A stretch of DNA of 64,000 bases, taken from assembly GCA_963713605.1 (NCBI GenBank), contig CAVQMO010000010.1, positions 512,001 through 576,000 of the forward strand, written 5' to 3'. A program made the position numbers and the translations under genes. Positions 44,208 to 55,650 of this stretch are shown here, piece by piece. Origin of the DNA: an uncultured Nitrososphaerales archaeon (GTDB taxonomy: Archaea > Thermoproteota > Nitrososphaeria > Nitrososphaerales > Nitrososphaeraceae). Every line of letters starts with the position of its first letter. Position 1 is the stretch's first letter. The notes beneath the pieces are model-generated. The model was not told the DNA's origin. It ran no database searches and saw nothing but the letters and a program-made list of their open reading frames with translations.

Positions 44208-44552
44208 TCATTGATTGTCACCATTTTCATTGTCGTTTGAACTGTCTTCTCCATTCCCATTACCGCTAGCATCACCATTTCCGTCCCCATTAGTCTCCCC
44301 ATTCGAATCGGTTCCTGGAGGCCCTTGTGATGGTGGACATCTCTCGATTCCTTCAGCATCAGCAGGACACCCTGATCTTCCAAGGAAATCAGGGTTGGTA
44401 TCGAGTGGGTCGACGAAACTTATTTTGCCGGTCATGTTTCCGCCGGTCATGTTTCCGCCGGTCATATTCTGTGCCATAACAGGTGTAGCAATCATCACTG
44501 TGCTAAGTCCTGCAACTATTGCTAGTATCATGAAGATTTGTTTTGAATTCAT
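44208..44552 (-). CDS. secreted protein with NMTGG repeats and G/N/D-rich tail
   Basis: Signal peptide (VMA|Q) and NMTG x3. Confidence 0.75.
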   Translation of the reverse strand: MNSKQIFMILAIVAGLSTVMIATPVMAQNMTGGNMTGGNMTGKISFVDPLDTNPDFLGRSGCPADAEGIERCPPSQGPPGTDSNGETNGDGNGDASGNGNGEDSSNDNENGDNQ

Positions 44553-45151
44553 TGCCTACATTAACTGGGTATATTATATAAGGATGCCAACTGACTAAAT
44601 GGCAAGTGACAAGACAATACTCTTCAGCGATTGCAAAATTTGTCTTGCCTTGTCTCCATCTTCAGGCTCTTCATTAGGTTCAGATTCTTCCTCTTCTGAA
44701 TCCTTGTCTTCTGGTTCTTCTTCATCGGTTTAAGCAGATGAATGAATTCACTTTTGAAATAAACTATTGACGGGGGCGGATGCATTATGCATATTATAAT
44801 TGGATAAACCCTCAGCCCAAAAAAAAGAGAATTCCTACAGATATTTAGATGACGGTATTCGATACTGCTCTGCTGAAGGTTAACTAACTTTGTCATCGTT
44901 ACTAGTGAGTGAGTATCGTTTTTTCACGAATGAAATCACAAGCGATATATCACAGACGTAGGTATAAAATATTGTATCTGTTACTCAGATAGGCTAGATA
45001 TTTAAGTACCTTTTAGTCGTCCCTGTCCTCGTGTTTGCGTTTTCATCATTGTGATCTCCTACAATCAGCCTAGAGTTTTTGGCCTCCTTTTGAGAATTAA
45101 CGAATCCCAACAAAGAGAAGGGATAAATGATTCTTCTCCCAGTATACTCTG

Positions 45152-45574
45152 ATGAACGGTGACGAGACAAATAAGAAACAAGAAATATCTTTGACATTGC
45201 CTCGAAGGTTAGACTTTAAAGATATCTGTCCTGTTTGGTCATTAAAACTTAGGTCCGGATTTGATGCACAAGACGTGAAGACTCTCGTTCATGATTCAAA
45301 ATATTGTATTGTCGGTGAAGCGTGGGGATACACTGGAAAACATGCAGGATATTATATAGCTCCTTTAATTCCATTTGTAGGGTGCTGGGAATGTATAAAA
45401 TTAGGAAGAAAAATGGGCAAGATTGCTAAAGAATTTGGCCCCTTGGCTGCCCCAGACTATCTTCGACCAACAATTTACTACTTTGTTAAGCATTGGAATT
45501 TGAAGCATTCAACAATATCTGGGAAGTCAAGACGTCTAGAGATTAGGAAAAACTTGAAGTTCATTGCTACATGA
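45152..45574 (+). CDS. Cys-containing hypothetical protein, paralogue of 24146..24478
   Basis: ICPVW..CIVGEAWGYT..GCWEC..FVKHWNLKH. Confidence 0.75.
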   Translation: MNGDETNKKQEISLTLPRRLDFKDICPVWSLKLRSGFDAQDVKTLVHDSKYCIVGEAWGYTGKHAGYYIAPLIPFVGCWECIKLGRKMGKIAKEFGPLAAPDYLRPTIYYFVKHWNLKHSTISGKSRRLEIRKNLKFIAT

Positions 45575-45627
45575 ATCTCCGTCATACATTGCAAATGAAT
45601 AATTATTGATGAGGCAGATCTCTAGCT

Positions 45628-46405
45628 GTGGTCAATATTGGCCTTATCCAATTGCAACAATATGATAAACTCGGCGCTGCTCCGAGAACTCGGCTGATAC
45701 TAGAGCACTTTAAAAGGCTCTTTCGTAAGGCATCTGATATATACGGCTCTAACATAGACCTCGTCTGCCTACCCGAGCTTTGGTACACTAGTATAGTAAG
45801 AGATTTTGAAAAGGAGTTTAAGGTCATTATCGAGGTAGCTAGGGAATATGACATCACGGTAATACCGGGGGCATTTAAAGAAAAAATTTGTGACAATATT
45901 TACGTGTCATGTCCTGTTGTTACGCCAAATGGAAGCGTATTAGGAAGGCAATTCAAAATTCATTTATTTGGGCATCAAAGGAAGACGCTAAAACCAGGCT
46001 CAAAAATAGAGGTCTTTGATATTGGTAAACTTAAGTTTAGTGTGCCTATTTGCTACGATTTAGTGTTTCCAGAGATAGCAAGAATCAGCTGTAAGTCAGG
46101 GTGCAGAGTTACTCTTCTTTCCATCAAAGATTCCCACTCCAGGTATTAATCCATGGCATTTGTATTTGCAGGTACGGGCCCTAGAAAATAGAATCCCTGT
46201 TGTCGCTTCGAATGTGTGCGGGGGCTTATTTGGTGGAAGGAGTATCATAGTGGACCTCAAGTATGATAGAGGCACAGATATTGCAACCCCCAAAATTAAG
46301 ACTGGAGCAGCTGTTAGAGAGCAAATAATAATTGTAGATATCGATCTAAAGAGATCTAGACAAATGCGTCAAAGGAGGTTTGCTGATTCGTTAATTACTA
46401 GCTAA
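45628..46405 (+). CDS. carbon-nitrogen hydrolase (nitrilase family), one frameshift near 46090
   Basis: CLPEL, KIHLF and ICYDLVFPE (E-K-C triad), then RALEN. Confidence 0.9.
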
Positions 46406-46842
46406 ATGGTGAAACATTTACATACATATCGTTAGGTGGGATTGTTTGCTTACATTGATTTATGCTTCACTATTTCATTTAGCAGTCTGAGTCTTACTTT
46501 CACCAGTGGAAATCACATTCAGCATGAAGAATAATAATTAATTGCAATCATGATCATCCATTGATGCGTCTCATCCTTTCCTTGAGTGGGGTAGCTCATA
46601 ATTCCCGACTTTTTTCCCTACCTCCGCTGCAACGTCATTCTTCTATCAGCCTCATACTAATCTTCATTAAGCTTAAATCCGATTATGTGCTAAAACTGTG
46701 GTGTATTGATTGCAATGGTGATTGAACTTCCATATTGTAGATCAATTCGTAATTCTTCTTTATTTGATTGGCAATTTAATACGTCACATTTTGGCTCTCA
46801 TAATGGAGTTAGTTCATAGGATATCCGAGGACGGTCAGGAGC

Positions 46843-47334
46843 ATGATAGGCCTGAAGAACCAACAAAATCTAAAAATGCAAGGGTCAGACGGCGATTCGA
46901 TCCCTAAATATCGTGTAATGGTTGTAGATGACAATAAGGACATACTCCGAACACTAAAGTTGGGGCTAGAGGATGGTGGATTTTTAATAGAAGCATACTC
47001 TGAACCCCTTACTGTTCTTTCAATCTTTAAGACCATTTATGGTAACAGGGATGAATCACCTAATCACATGCCCTATGACCTGTTACTGATCGATGTAAAG
47101 ATGCCCGAACTCAACGGGGTGGAATTAACAAAAGAAATCAGGAAACTAGCAACTGATGCAAATGCAATCCCCCCACCTATTTGTTTCATTACCGCCTTCG
47201 ATGAGTACTATGAGATCCTAAAGGATTTGTTTCCAAAGAATAAACATGACACTGATATCTGTCTGATCCATAAACCAATTGAAATTGAGAATCTAACGAC
47301 AAGATTAAAACATGAGATCGCATTGCACAAGTAA
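46843..47334 (+). CDS. response regulator receiver protein
   Basis: VMVVDD, DLLLIDVKMPELNG, FITA, KP. Confidence 0.9.
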   Translation: MIGLKNQQNLKMQGSDGDSIPKYRVMVVDDNKDILRTLKLGLEDGGFLIEAYSEPLTVLSIFKTIYGNRDESPNHMPYDLLLIDVKMPELNGVELTKEIRKLATDANAIPPPICFITAFDEYYEILKDLFPKNKHDTDICLIHKPIEIENLTTRLKHEIALHK

Positions 47335-47755
47335 TTGGAAATGTCCCCGATTGATCGTTTCCTGTGAGATTCAGAGCAATTCTTCCTGACCGGTCTTCAT
47401 CATAAATTTGCGAATAACATGCAATATACATTGCTAAAGTGCTAGGTATTGTCACTTTTCATTTTGTTGAATACATAAGAGCAAACTAAGATCGGCAGAT
47501 GCACTCGAACCAGATTCACGATTCGGACAGCTTTGCTCGGCTGGGGTGTCTGCAAGTGAAATCTTTAAAGGAAAAATGATGATCTGATTTGTGTTGTATT
47601 GTTGCATTATCGTAAATGCATGACCGTTTCAGATGTATGCTATAGAGTGTCGCTTCTCTCAGTTCATTCGTTGATTATGCATGTATCTCAGCACTACCAA
47701 AGGACTAAAATATAGCTGATTTCAAATTTCTCTTGAACTTTCTAGAAGATAAAAT

Positions 47756-48089
47756 TCATAACGGGCCAGGCCCGGTGGGCACGATGAGTCCGACTATTCC
47801 AGAAATAATCCAAATAATTAGAGCTATTATGAATGCCCTTATCCAACCGAAACTAAATAGAGCTTTCAGCGCGAGTAGCCATACAATACCCCCTGATACT
47901 GCAGCCAAGAAGCCGTGGCCAAAAATGAAGTAGACTACACCATAAACAGCCGAACCAATAAGAGCAGGCAGCAAATGCATGCTTTATTCCTTCTTTTTCT
48001 CCAAAGAGTTTAGTTACAATGTAAATAATGACTGTCGAAATTACCAGTCCTATGACAAAGAGAACCATGCTCCATAAAGTATCTGCCAT
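47756..48089 (-). CDS. small 4-TM membrane protein, one frameshift near 47970
   Basis: Two overlapping hydrophobic ORFs join into one protein ending PTGPGPL. Confidence 0.7.
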
Positions 48090-48723
48090 ATTAAGAGGTC
48101 AGATCCGGTTATTTTTATATCAATCGTAGATCTCTTCCAGTTGCTGCAGTCTATTGTATTCTGTTAAAATTCTTTGTACCTAGCAGAGATTACTTTGAGC
48201 ATTATTTTGATATTACAACAACAAATAAGACTAGACAAGTATGCACGAAAATCGAAGTAGTATTGCGAATCCGGGGAAAAGTAGGATGAACTTAATATTC
48301 AAAAGATATTTGAATATGCTTCACAACGCTTAGGGTAAACCTTCTGAGATATGGCCACGTAACATTGAAAGAATAACCAAAATCAGATACCCGATCCGGA
48401 TCCCGTCATCGTTATCCGTGTCGCCTGAAATGTCAACTACTCTTGTCTTTGCTCTGCGAATAATGTAATAGACGAATATTACTGAAGAGAAAATGCATTA
48501 ATAGATTATGAGATAAATCTCAAGAAAGCCCTTCTGAGGCACTTGTAAAGAGCGAAACAGAGAATTCGCTCTGAAATCACCTTACCTTGAAGCCGAAAGA
48601 GATAGCCTACCCACTTTGATACAACAGATAAGGGAGCGGGATAGAGGATGTTCCGTGATATGTCCAATCTTGATTTGCGAGCGGCTTTCATTAAGTTAAA
48701 AAGTTAGTCAGTACCTGAATTTC

Positions 48724-48978
48724 ATGACGTCACGGTTTAATGACCATCTGCATTATGACCAGGCACGAGCTAGGATCTTAATGCTTAATTTGAAGCTTGC
48801 GCAATATAGATTGTCTCATTACTTGACACAAAGAAACTGTGCTAGGTGCAATGTAGAATCCGGTGTTACTTACAATTGCGAGCACACCGGCCTAAGAGAT
48901 ATGTGCTCTGAATGCTATCAGTTCATTCACTGGATTGGCACTACCGATATGGTGAAGAATGAGGAACAAATGAAATAA
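48724..48978 (+). CDS. small C4 Zn-finger protein
   Basis: CARC...CSEC. Confidence 0.6.
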   Translation: MTSRFNDHLHYDQARARILMLNLKLAQYRLSHYLTQRNCARCNVESGVTYNCEHTGLRDMCSECYQFIHWIGTTDMVKNEEQMK

Positions 48979-49091
48979 ATGAATCCTTCTCCGAATTGTC
49001 AGTAACCTCACTCAGGAATTCATTGATACCAAAAAGGAGGACATAATTCTCGCTTGAATTTGAGTAATAACTAAAGTTTACACCATTTGTT

Positions 49092-49655
49092 TTATCTTTT
49101 GCTTATTAATCGGGTTTTTTCTCCTTTAATTCCCGCGTAAATTATCTCCGCTCCTTGAATGACCAGTGCCACAACCATCACTACCACCACCACAAATATG
49201 CCAAATTGTTGATTAGTGAGTACGAACCCAGCCAATACAATACATATCGCTCCAGTTGCTATACGAAACATTCGCTGGGATTGACGCGGAAAAGACTTTC
49301 TGACACCGTCTATTACTCGTATGACACCATTGAAGAGCAATGCTAACCCCACAATTAGAACAAGGAATTTTATACTATTTTGAGGGAAGGCAATAGTGAT
49401 AATTGCGAAGAACAATACCACAGAGCCAATCCCAATATTTATCATCCTTGACCTTCTTGAAAGATATTCTGTTCCAATTCCGCTTGCGATCCTCTCTACT
49501 CCAACAGTAAACAGAACTATTGCAAAAATAATCATTGCTGTCACAGGAGCAAGAGTCGGTACTGCAATCACTGATATTGACAAGATAATGGCTGTTGATC
49601 CTATTGCAATCTGAAGAATTCTAAGCCATAGAGACGGGGCTGATGCCTCTTTCAT
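49092..49655 (-). CDS. HdeD/DUF308 family membrane protein (1)
   Basis: 6 TM, APxWLRxxQIxxG start, G.ERIxxG, internal two-fold repeat. Confidence 0.85.
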   Translation of the reverse strand: MKEASAPSLWLRILQIAIGSTAIILSISVIAVPTLAPVTAMIIFAIVLFTVGVERIASGIGTEYLSRRSRMINIGIGSVVLFFAIITIAFPQNSIKFLVLIVGLALLFNGVIRVIDGVRKSFPRQSQRMFRIATGAICIVLAGFVLTNQQFGIFVVVVVMVVALVIQGAEIIYAGIKGEKTRLISKR

Positions 49656-50003
49656 CGATTTTATAAAGGCACTGCGTCGCCATTAATAATCGTATTCCTA
49701 TTTACAATTGGCATTTCGCACTGAACTAACTTCTCTACTACTACTATTTTTATTATTACTATTGAAAGAACATGATGAAATAAGAACAAGCGCTTAGTAA
49801 ACGAATATTTTTGGAAGATATTTGAAGGTGAACTTAAGAAATAATCATTATGTTTGAGTTTATGTCAGAAATAATAGGATGACGAATCGAATTCTTCTAC
49901 TTGATTGTATCTCCTTTTACTTGGAATCGGTTGGCCACTTCGTACTTTGCCTTGCTCTCGAAGAGTCAACTCAACTGATTTTATTTAGAGCTTGATCAAT
50001 AGT

Positions 50004-50567
50004 TCATCTTTTGAAGCCCGTAGTAGGTACCAGGCTTGTTTCCCTCCCAGAGAAACCTGAAACGATCATCTGGATACCAATTATGATCAACGCTAATCCT
50101 ATGAAGAAACCAGCAAGAACCACACCAAAGAATGGAGACACTAATATCATCACCGAAATGACCACCGCGAGAATGCCTACACCAATACTAAATCCTCTGG
50201 ACCATCCTCTAAGCTGTTTGTCCGCGAATCCGTGAATAATCCGTGCGAAGCCGTCGAACATCAATGCGAAGGCCATAAGAAATATCAGGAATAACGTTGC
50301 ACCGAGAGGGAAAGCCAAGGCAATCGAAGCAAGAATTATTACTATAACTCCTAAACCAACTGTTGCCCATTTAGACTTGTGCTGGATAAAAATGCCGCTA
50401 ATGATTTTTTCAATTCCTACGAAAATTAGCACCACAGCAAGTAGAATAACAAGTGAGATTACGGTTAGACCTGGGAAAAACAATGCTGCTCCTGAGACAA
50501 TTATTGCAAGAATACCCAACCCAATTTGTACTGCTCTTTTCCAACCCGGTGCCTTTACTGAACTCAT
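50004..50567 (-). CDS. HdeD/DUF308 family membrane protein (2)
   Basis: KAPGWKRAVQIGLG; DGFARIIHG. Confidence 0.88.
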   Translation of the reverse strand: MSSVKAPGWKRAVQIGLGILAIIVSGAALFFPGLTVISLVILLAVVLIFVGIEKIISGIFIQHKSKWATVGLGVIVIILASIALAFPLGATLFLIFLMAFALMFDGFARIIHGFADKQLRGWSRGFSIGVGILAVVISVMILVSPFFGVVLAGFFIGLALIIIGIQMIVSGFSGRETSLVPTTGFKR

Positions 50568-51121
50568 CTTTTGATTTACGTTGCTTATGCATTCAGGACC
50601 TATTTAAGTAAATAGACAAAACAATATGATAGAATTGTCTAGATCTATTTCTCCAGTTGGTACCAATTCTAAATCATGGAGCTTAAGCTGTAGTTTAATG
50701 ATTCTTCAGAATCCTGAAACAATAATTAAGCTGCTGACTTTCACCACAGACATACCGATCTGATAGAAAATGGGACTATCAGCTGTCAAATTAAATATGA
50801 AATAATCCCCATTGTCGTACTCTATCTCCCCTTGAATTATTTCTCATTTTTCGTATCGTTCATGACCAAAGAAATATTTATGAAGCTTGGTGAAATTTGA
50901 AATTAGTAGTTGCCGGTGACTCAATTATCTTTGTTCCATCGCATTCAATCATTGATCAGATTGGGAACAAAAGCTAGGACGAGAGGAGAATCTACCTTTA
51001 AAGAAATTTTGAGATTTAACCAACAGCATATCTAGCAATCTACCAGATGATAAATAGATAATTAATACTGTATTCAATTTATCAAAAGCAATTTATACTG
51101 CCTCGATCCCTCATGTAAGTA

Positions 51122-51676
51122 ATGAGTGATTTAAAGGCTCCAGGATGGGTTCGTGCGGCTCAAATAGGTTTGGGAGCGATAGCCATAATCTTATCTATAA
51201 CGCTTCTTGTTATTCCAGGAGCCGTTTTGACTTCAATTATCTTTATTATAGGAATCCTTTTGCTAATACTAGGTATTGAGAGTGTTATCAGTGGGCTCTT
51301 TGTAAAGAGCAAATCTCGTATGGGAGGTGTCGGTTTAGGAATCTTAGTTATCATACTCTCACTAATAGTAATAGCATTTCCAGCGGCAGTAGGCGTGTTT
51401 GTGTTAATACTTATCGGAATTGTACTCCTTATAGATGGTATCTCAAGACTTGTGCATGGATTTGGAGACAAAGAGCGCCGGGGCTGGTCAAGAGGATTCC
51501 GTATTGGTGTGGGAGCATTGGAAATTGTCCTAGGCATCTTGATAATGGTTTCACCTGGATTTGGAGCTGCATTCGTAGGCCTCATAATTGCAATAGCCGT
51601 ACTGATAGTCGGAATAGAAATGGTTATAGCTGGATTTAAAGGAAGAAGAATGAGGCTGCCGACCTCTGGACGGTAA
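51122..51676 (+). CDS. HdeD/DUF308 family membrane protein (3)
   Basis: KAPGWVRAAQIGLG; DGISRLVHG. Confidence 0.88.
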   Translation: MSDLKAPGWVRAAQIGLGAIAIILSITLLVIPGAVLTSIIFIIGILLLILGIESVISGLFVKSKSRMGGVGLGILVIILSLIVIAFPAAVGVFVLILIGIVLLIDGISRLVHGFGDKERRGWSRGFRIGVGALEIVLGILIMVSPGFGAAFVGLIIAIAVLIVGIEMVIAGFKGRRMRLPTSGR

Positions 51677-51989
51677 CTATATTAAAATCTATTGACTCTC
51701 TAGATTCGTTATGAGGTCGTGAAGCTAACGATACAAGTCGACGTTGATGCAAGATGACTGTATTATTACGGTGAAGGTCACTCTACTCATTTTTGAATTC
51801 AATCAATAGGTTTGTTGTTGAGGCCGATGCCGACTAATCCAGAATTTAGCATATACTGTAAAGGACTAATTCTTGTCTATTGTATGATTGGTAAATGTTT
51901 CTACTCGACTTGTTAGGATTCAATTCTCTCCCGATTAACCATACCCAACATTGACGACGTAGACTTTTAAATGATCCAAGCGTGCCAAT

Positions 51990-52730
51990 TCATTCAGTTT
52001 TCTCCCGGATGTCCAGTAAATTGAACTCTTTCAAGAAATCGGTCATGACATCCTGCGAAATATCTTCAACCCTAACCTCTCCAGCCATAACTTTTTTCAA
52101 GCTATTTACTATCCGAAAGAATCGTTCTACCGTCATGACCAACCCATAGTAATCACGAACCCTTTCCAGTGTTGTTTCATAATGTTTACTAATACCTGAT
52201 GCTGTTGCGTCTGAGATAAGAATTACATCATATCCGATATTAAAGGCGTCTCGTAATGATGTTTCTACACATATCGAAGTATCGACTCCGCAGATAATTA
52301 GAGTATTTATTCCCTCGCTCTGTAACCAGACCCTTAGTTCGGTGTCTTGAAATGCAGAATCCCTTCTTTTGATAACGACATGATCAGAGTCCTCAGGTCT
52401 GATTTCATCAATAGTTTTCGCGTCCCATGTTCCCCTTACGCATATGGGTACTTTCAATCGTTCTTCCCGCGTTACTGGAAGCAGTCTGTGAACTCGAGTT
52501 AAGAGATCTATTCCACTGGGTTCTCTAATAGCTTCGGTATAAAAAACAGGAATTAGATTTGCCCTACAAAAATCTATCAGCTCCTTGGTTTTGGGTATAA
52601 TTTTCCTATACTCTTCGGTATTCATACCCAGCAGATCATAGGATCCTCCTTCACTAACGAATCCGTTTTGCATATCGACTACCAATAGTCCGAAATTAAA
52701 TGCATATTTACCAAGCTGAACTTCGAACAT
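51990..52730 (-). CDS. isochorismatase-like cysteine hydrolase (RutB-like)
   Basis: LLVVDMQNGF, KRRDSAF, GVDTSICVETSLRDA. Confidence 0.92.
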   Translation of the reverse strand: MFEVQLGKYAFNFGLLVVDMQNGFVSEGGSYDLLGMNTEEYRKIIPKTKELIDFCRANLIPVFYTEAIREPSGIDLLTRVHRLLPVTREERLKVPICVRGTWDAKTIDEIRPEDSDHVVIKRRDSAFQDTELRVWLQSEGINTLIICGVDTSICVETSLRDAFNIGYDVILISDATASGISKHYETTLERVRDYYGLVMTVERFFRIVNSLKKVMAGEVRVEDISQDVMTDFLKEFNLLDIREKTE

Positions 52731-52976
52731 TTGAAGAAAATTCTCTAGAGGTGTTTATAAGGATACTGTAGCGCAGTCGGACAGATCCAGTTTATGTAAA
52801 GAACCTGATCGGTTTTAGCATATAACATCTAGTCAGGAATGGCAGCACAAATAGTAGTAGAACAAAAACTAGTCCTTCATAAAGCACTATGAATATTCGA
52901 GTTTTGATCTTCGTGTGCACATTCATTATTCAAAGTGAACATTTAGAACCCTTCCCACGAGCTCACAGCTAGATCT

Positions 52977-54536
52977 CTAGATCTGTTTCATTTCAGCAGT
53001 ATTCAATGCCTTTACTGCAGGCCCGCGCATAAGCACTACAAGTATCGTAGCTACAACTGCTAAGACAAGACCCACAATGAAGACAATATTAAATGCAGTA
53101 GGACTTGGGTACTGGCCAGTAGTACCGTCCACCTCAATTGGTATTAGAATGGATGATATGATTACGATTGCTATTACCGGGCCTATAGCTCCACCGATTA
53201 TTCTCATGTCACTGGTTGCAGCAGAGGATATGCCAGTTAAATCTCTTGGAGTTAGAGCTATGATAATATTGATCAGTGTGACAGGTAAAAGCGCAGCTCC
53301 TACCCCAAAGAGGAAGAGTGACGCTGTGACGTCTGCCGAAGTGTCATGGAATATTGTAACGAGCAAAAAAGATACTGACATGATCACCATACTCGGAATG
53401 AGCAGTTTCGTATTGAGTTTACGTTTCTTCGCCAACAATACTCCAAAGACTGGACCAAATATCAACACTGCCAATGATAGAGGCAGCTGTAACAACCCTA
53501 CTAGGTCTGGATCAAGTCCAAGACCAGACCCCTGCGGCGCAGCACCTAATTGTGGTATCGCCGTTATGATGATATATTGTATTATGCCAAACATCAGCAT
53601 TGCTATATTTCCTGCAAATATGGCTGGCTGAAGTAGCAGCTTCAGCGGCACTAAGGGAGATTTCGTCCTTTTCTCTACTATAATGAACAGTACAAGTGAG
53701 ATAGCTCCTATTACTAACGGAACTGCGAACCCTAATGGATTTTCTGAGGCAGAGCCACTATTGGTTATTGCAATTAGAAAAGATACTAGTGAGACAGACA
53801 TAGTAACTATTCCTTTAATATCCAAACTTATCTTGGTCTTCTCCCTCATTTCTGCTCCATTTTTGTCTACACCTTCCTTCCTACCAGCATCAGTATCACT
53901 CGGACTTTGCGTACCATGCACCAGTATCTTGGCAGATTCATCGACTGGCAGTACCCGCCAACACATAAAGAGTAAAATGGCCGCAATTGGGGCACACATA
54001 AAGAAAATCGACTGCCAGCCAATGGTGGCTACTATAATCGGTCCTAATACTACCCCTATAGCCATTCCTCCTGAATATGCAGAAGTTACGATACCCTGAC
54101 CAATTGAGAACTTTCCCTTAGGAAACTGATCTCTTATGATTTTCAAAGCGATTGGCGTGTTCGCAATAGCGATTCCCTGAATTGCTCTTATGGTCAATAA
54201 AGTGGAAATGTCCTGAGAGAATCCTGCAACAGCAGTAGCAGCAGTATATATCACCATCATTAGTACCAACATTTTTTTTGCTCCAAAAATGTCACTGAAT
54301 CTCCCGATGAGTATAGTCATAACTGCTCCAGTTATCATGTAAATAGACATAACCCATGATGCTAGGGCTTGATCCACCTTGAAATCGTCAGCAATAGCTG
54401 GAATAGCAGGTGATAGAGATGTATGCATGAAGAGGATGAGTAATGTAGTCCCAGTTAGTATTATGGCTGATTTCCATGCCGCGAAAGAGATCTCCTCAGA
54501 TTTAATTGCACTACTGCTATCGTGTGCTGTTGATAT
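52977..54536 (-). CDS. MFS transporter (14-TM DHA2-like)
   Basis: GRFSDIFG motif A, RAIQG, LDIKG. The frame is open upstream of the first ATG (54428) through TM1. Confidence 0.9.
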   Translation of the reverse strand: MSTAHDSSSAIKSEEISFAAWKSAIILTGTTLLILFMHTSLSPAIPAIADDFKVDQALASWVMSIYMITGAVMTILIGRFSDIFGAKKMLVLMMVIYTAATAVAGFSQDISTLLTIRAIQGIAIANTPIALKIIRDQFPKGKFSIGQGIVTSAYSGGMAIGVVLGPIIVATIGWQSIFFMCAPIAAILLFMCWRVLPVDESAKILVHGTQSPSDTDAGRKEGVDKNGAEMREKTKISLDIKGIVTMSVSLVSFLIAITNSGSASENPLGFAVPLVIGAISLVLFIIVEKRTKSPLVPLKLLLQPAIFAGNIAMLMFGIIQYIIITAIPQLGAAPQGSGLGLDPDLVGLLQLPLSLAVLIFGPVFGVLLAKKRKLNTKLLIPSMVIMSVSFLLVTIFHDTSADVTASLFLFGVGAALLPVTLINIIIALTPRDLTGISSAATSDMRIIGGAIGPVIAIVIISSILIPIEVDGTTGQYPSPTAFNIVFIVGLVLAVVATILVVLMRGPAVKALNTAEMKQI

Positions 54537-54643
54537 GTCGCCGGTTAAGAACGTATAATATATTAATCTTGTGTCAAAGTTGCGGGCTGGTGAGATACTT
54601 ATATAGGACCGCCTGATGCTGTGGTAATAGAAGAATAAAAATA

Positions 54644-55286
54644 ATGCAAATTTTGAGGACCCCTCCGTGGTTGCGAATGCTCCAGATTGTTCTGGGTTCG
54701 ATTTCTGTTTTGTTAGCTGCGATTATCTTGTTTGTTCCAGGCTCCTCTATTTCAACAACTGTTCTTATTTTATCCATCACTTTACTACTCATAGGAATCG
54801 AAAGAATTTGCTTCGGAGTGGTTAGAACAACAGCAGCATCTATGACAACTACCTCAACTACGACAACTATAACAGCTGGCAGCAGCAGCAGCTACAACGA
54901 AGCCATCAAAGTACAACTCTTCAAGAATCGCGAATATTGCGCTAGGACTTTTGATCATCGCCCTATCAATTGTGCTTATGGAGTTTCCAGTATTTAGTGC
55001 AGCTTTATTAATAGTTTTAGCCGCAATAGCCCTTCTAGTTATTGGAGTTGCTCGCATTATTCATGCGTTTAGGGAAGAAGATATTCATCGGGCCACCAGG
55101 AAATACCTCAGCGTGGGCGTCGGAATTCTTTGTATCGTGGTGGCTATTCTGATAATTGCCAATCCAACCACCTTCGGTTTGATGCTTCTCGTTTTCATGC
55201 TTTCTATCACGCTCATAATAGTAGGGATCAGCATGATAGTGAGGGGAGTTAAAGGCGAAGGTTACCTTGCGAAGAAAATTTTCTGA
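54644..55286 (+). CDS. HdeD/DUF308 family membrane protein (4), Thr/Ser loop insertion and one frameshift near 54885
   Basis: TPPWLRMLQIVLG, GIERI, then GVARIIHA in the second frame. Confidence 0.8.
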
Positions 55287-55650
55287 GAATTTTCTGTTCC
55301 TATTCTTCCTGTCAACCCAATAAAATTATCAAGTATGTTCATAGGGGGCGAACTATAATTCCCCATCCACGTATAGTTACTAGCGCAAGGAACAAATAGC
55401 CTTAGCTAATGCTCGCTGCATGCGCTCATAATACATATACATAACGTCGGGTATTGAGATGAATCACCTGGAGATTAAATCACTGAATATACAAGTATGA
55501 GAGGGTATCGATCTCGCAGAGCAGAGGTTGTGATAGGACGATTACTAGACCAGTATACTATGTGTATCTTAATGTATGAAAACTGAACAAAAATTAACAT
55601 GTACACAAACTCACTTTGAAATCTAACTCCACCAGCATTACTGATCCTTT

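Noticed and set aside
5700..45000. Intact provirus
   Set aside because: No recognisable capsid, portal, tail or complete integrase, and I saw no copy of the tRNA-Leu 3' end acting as an att site.
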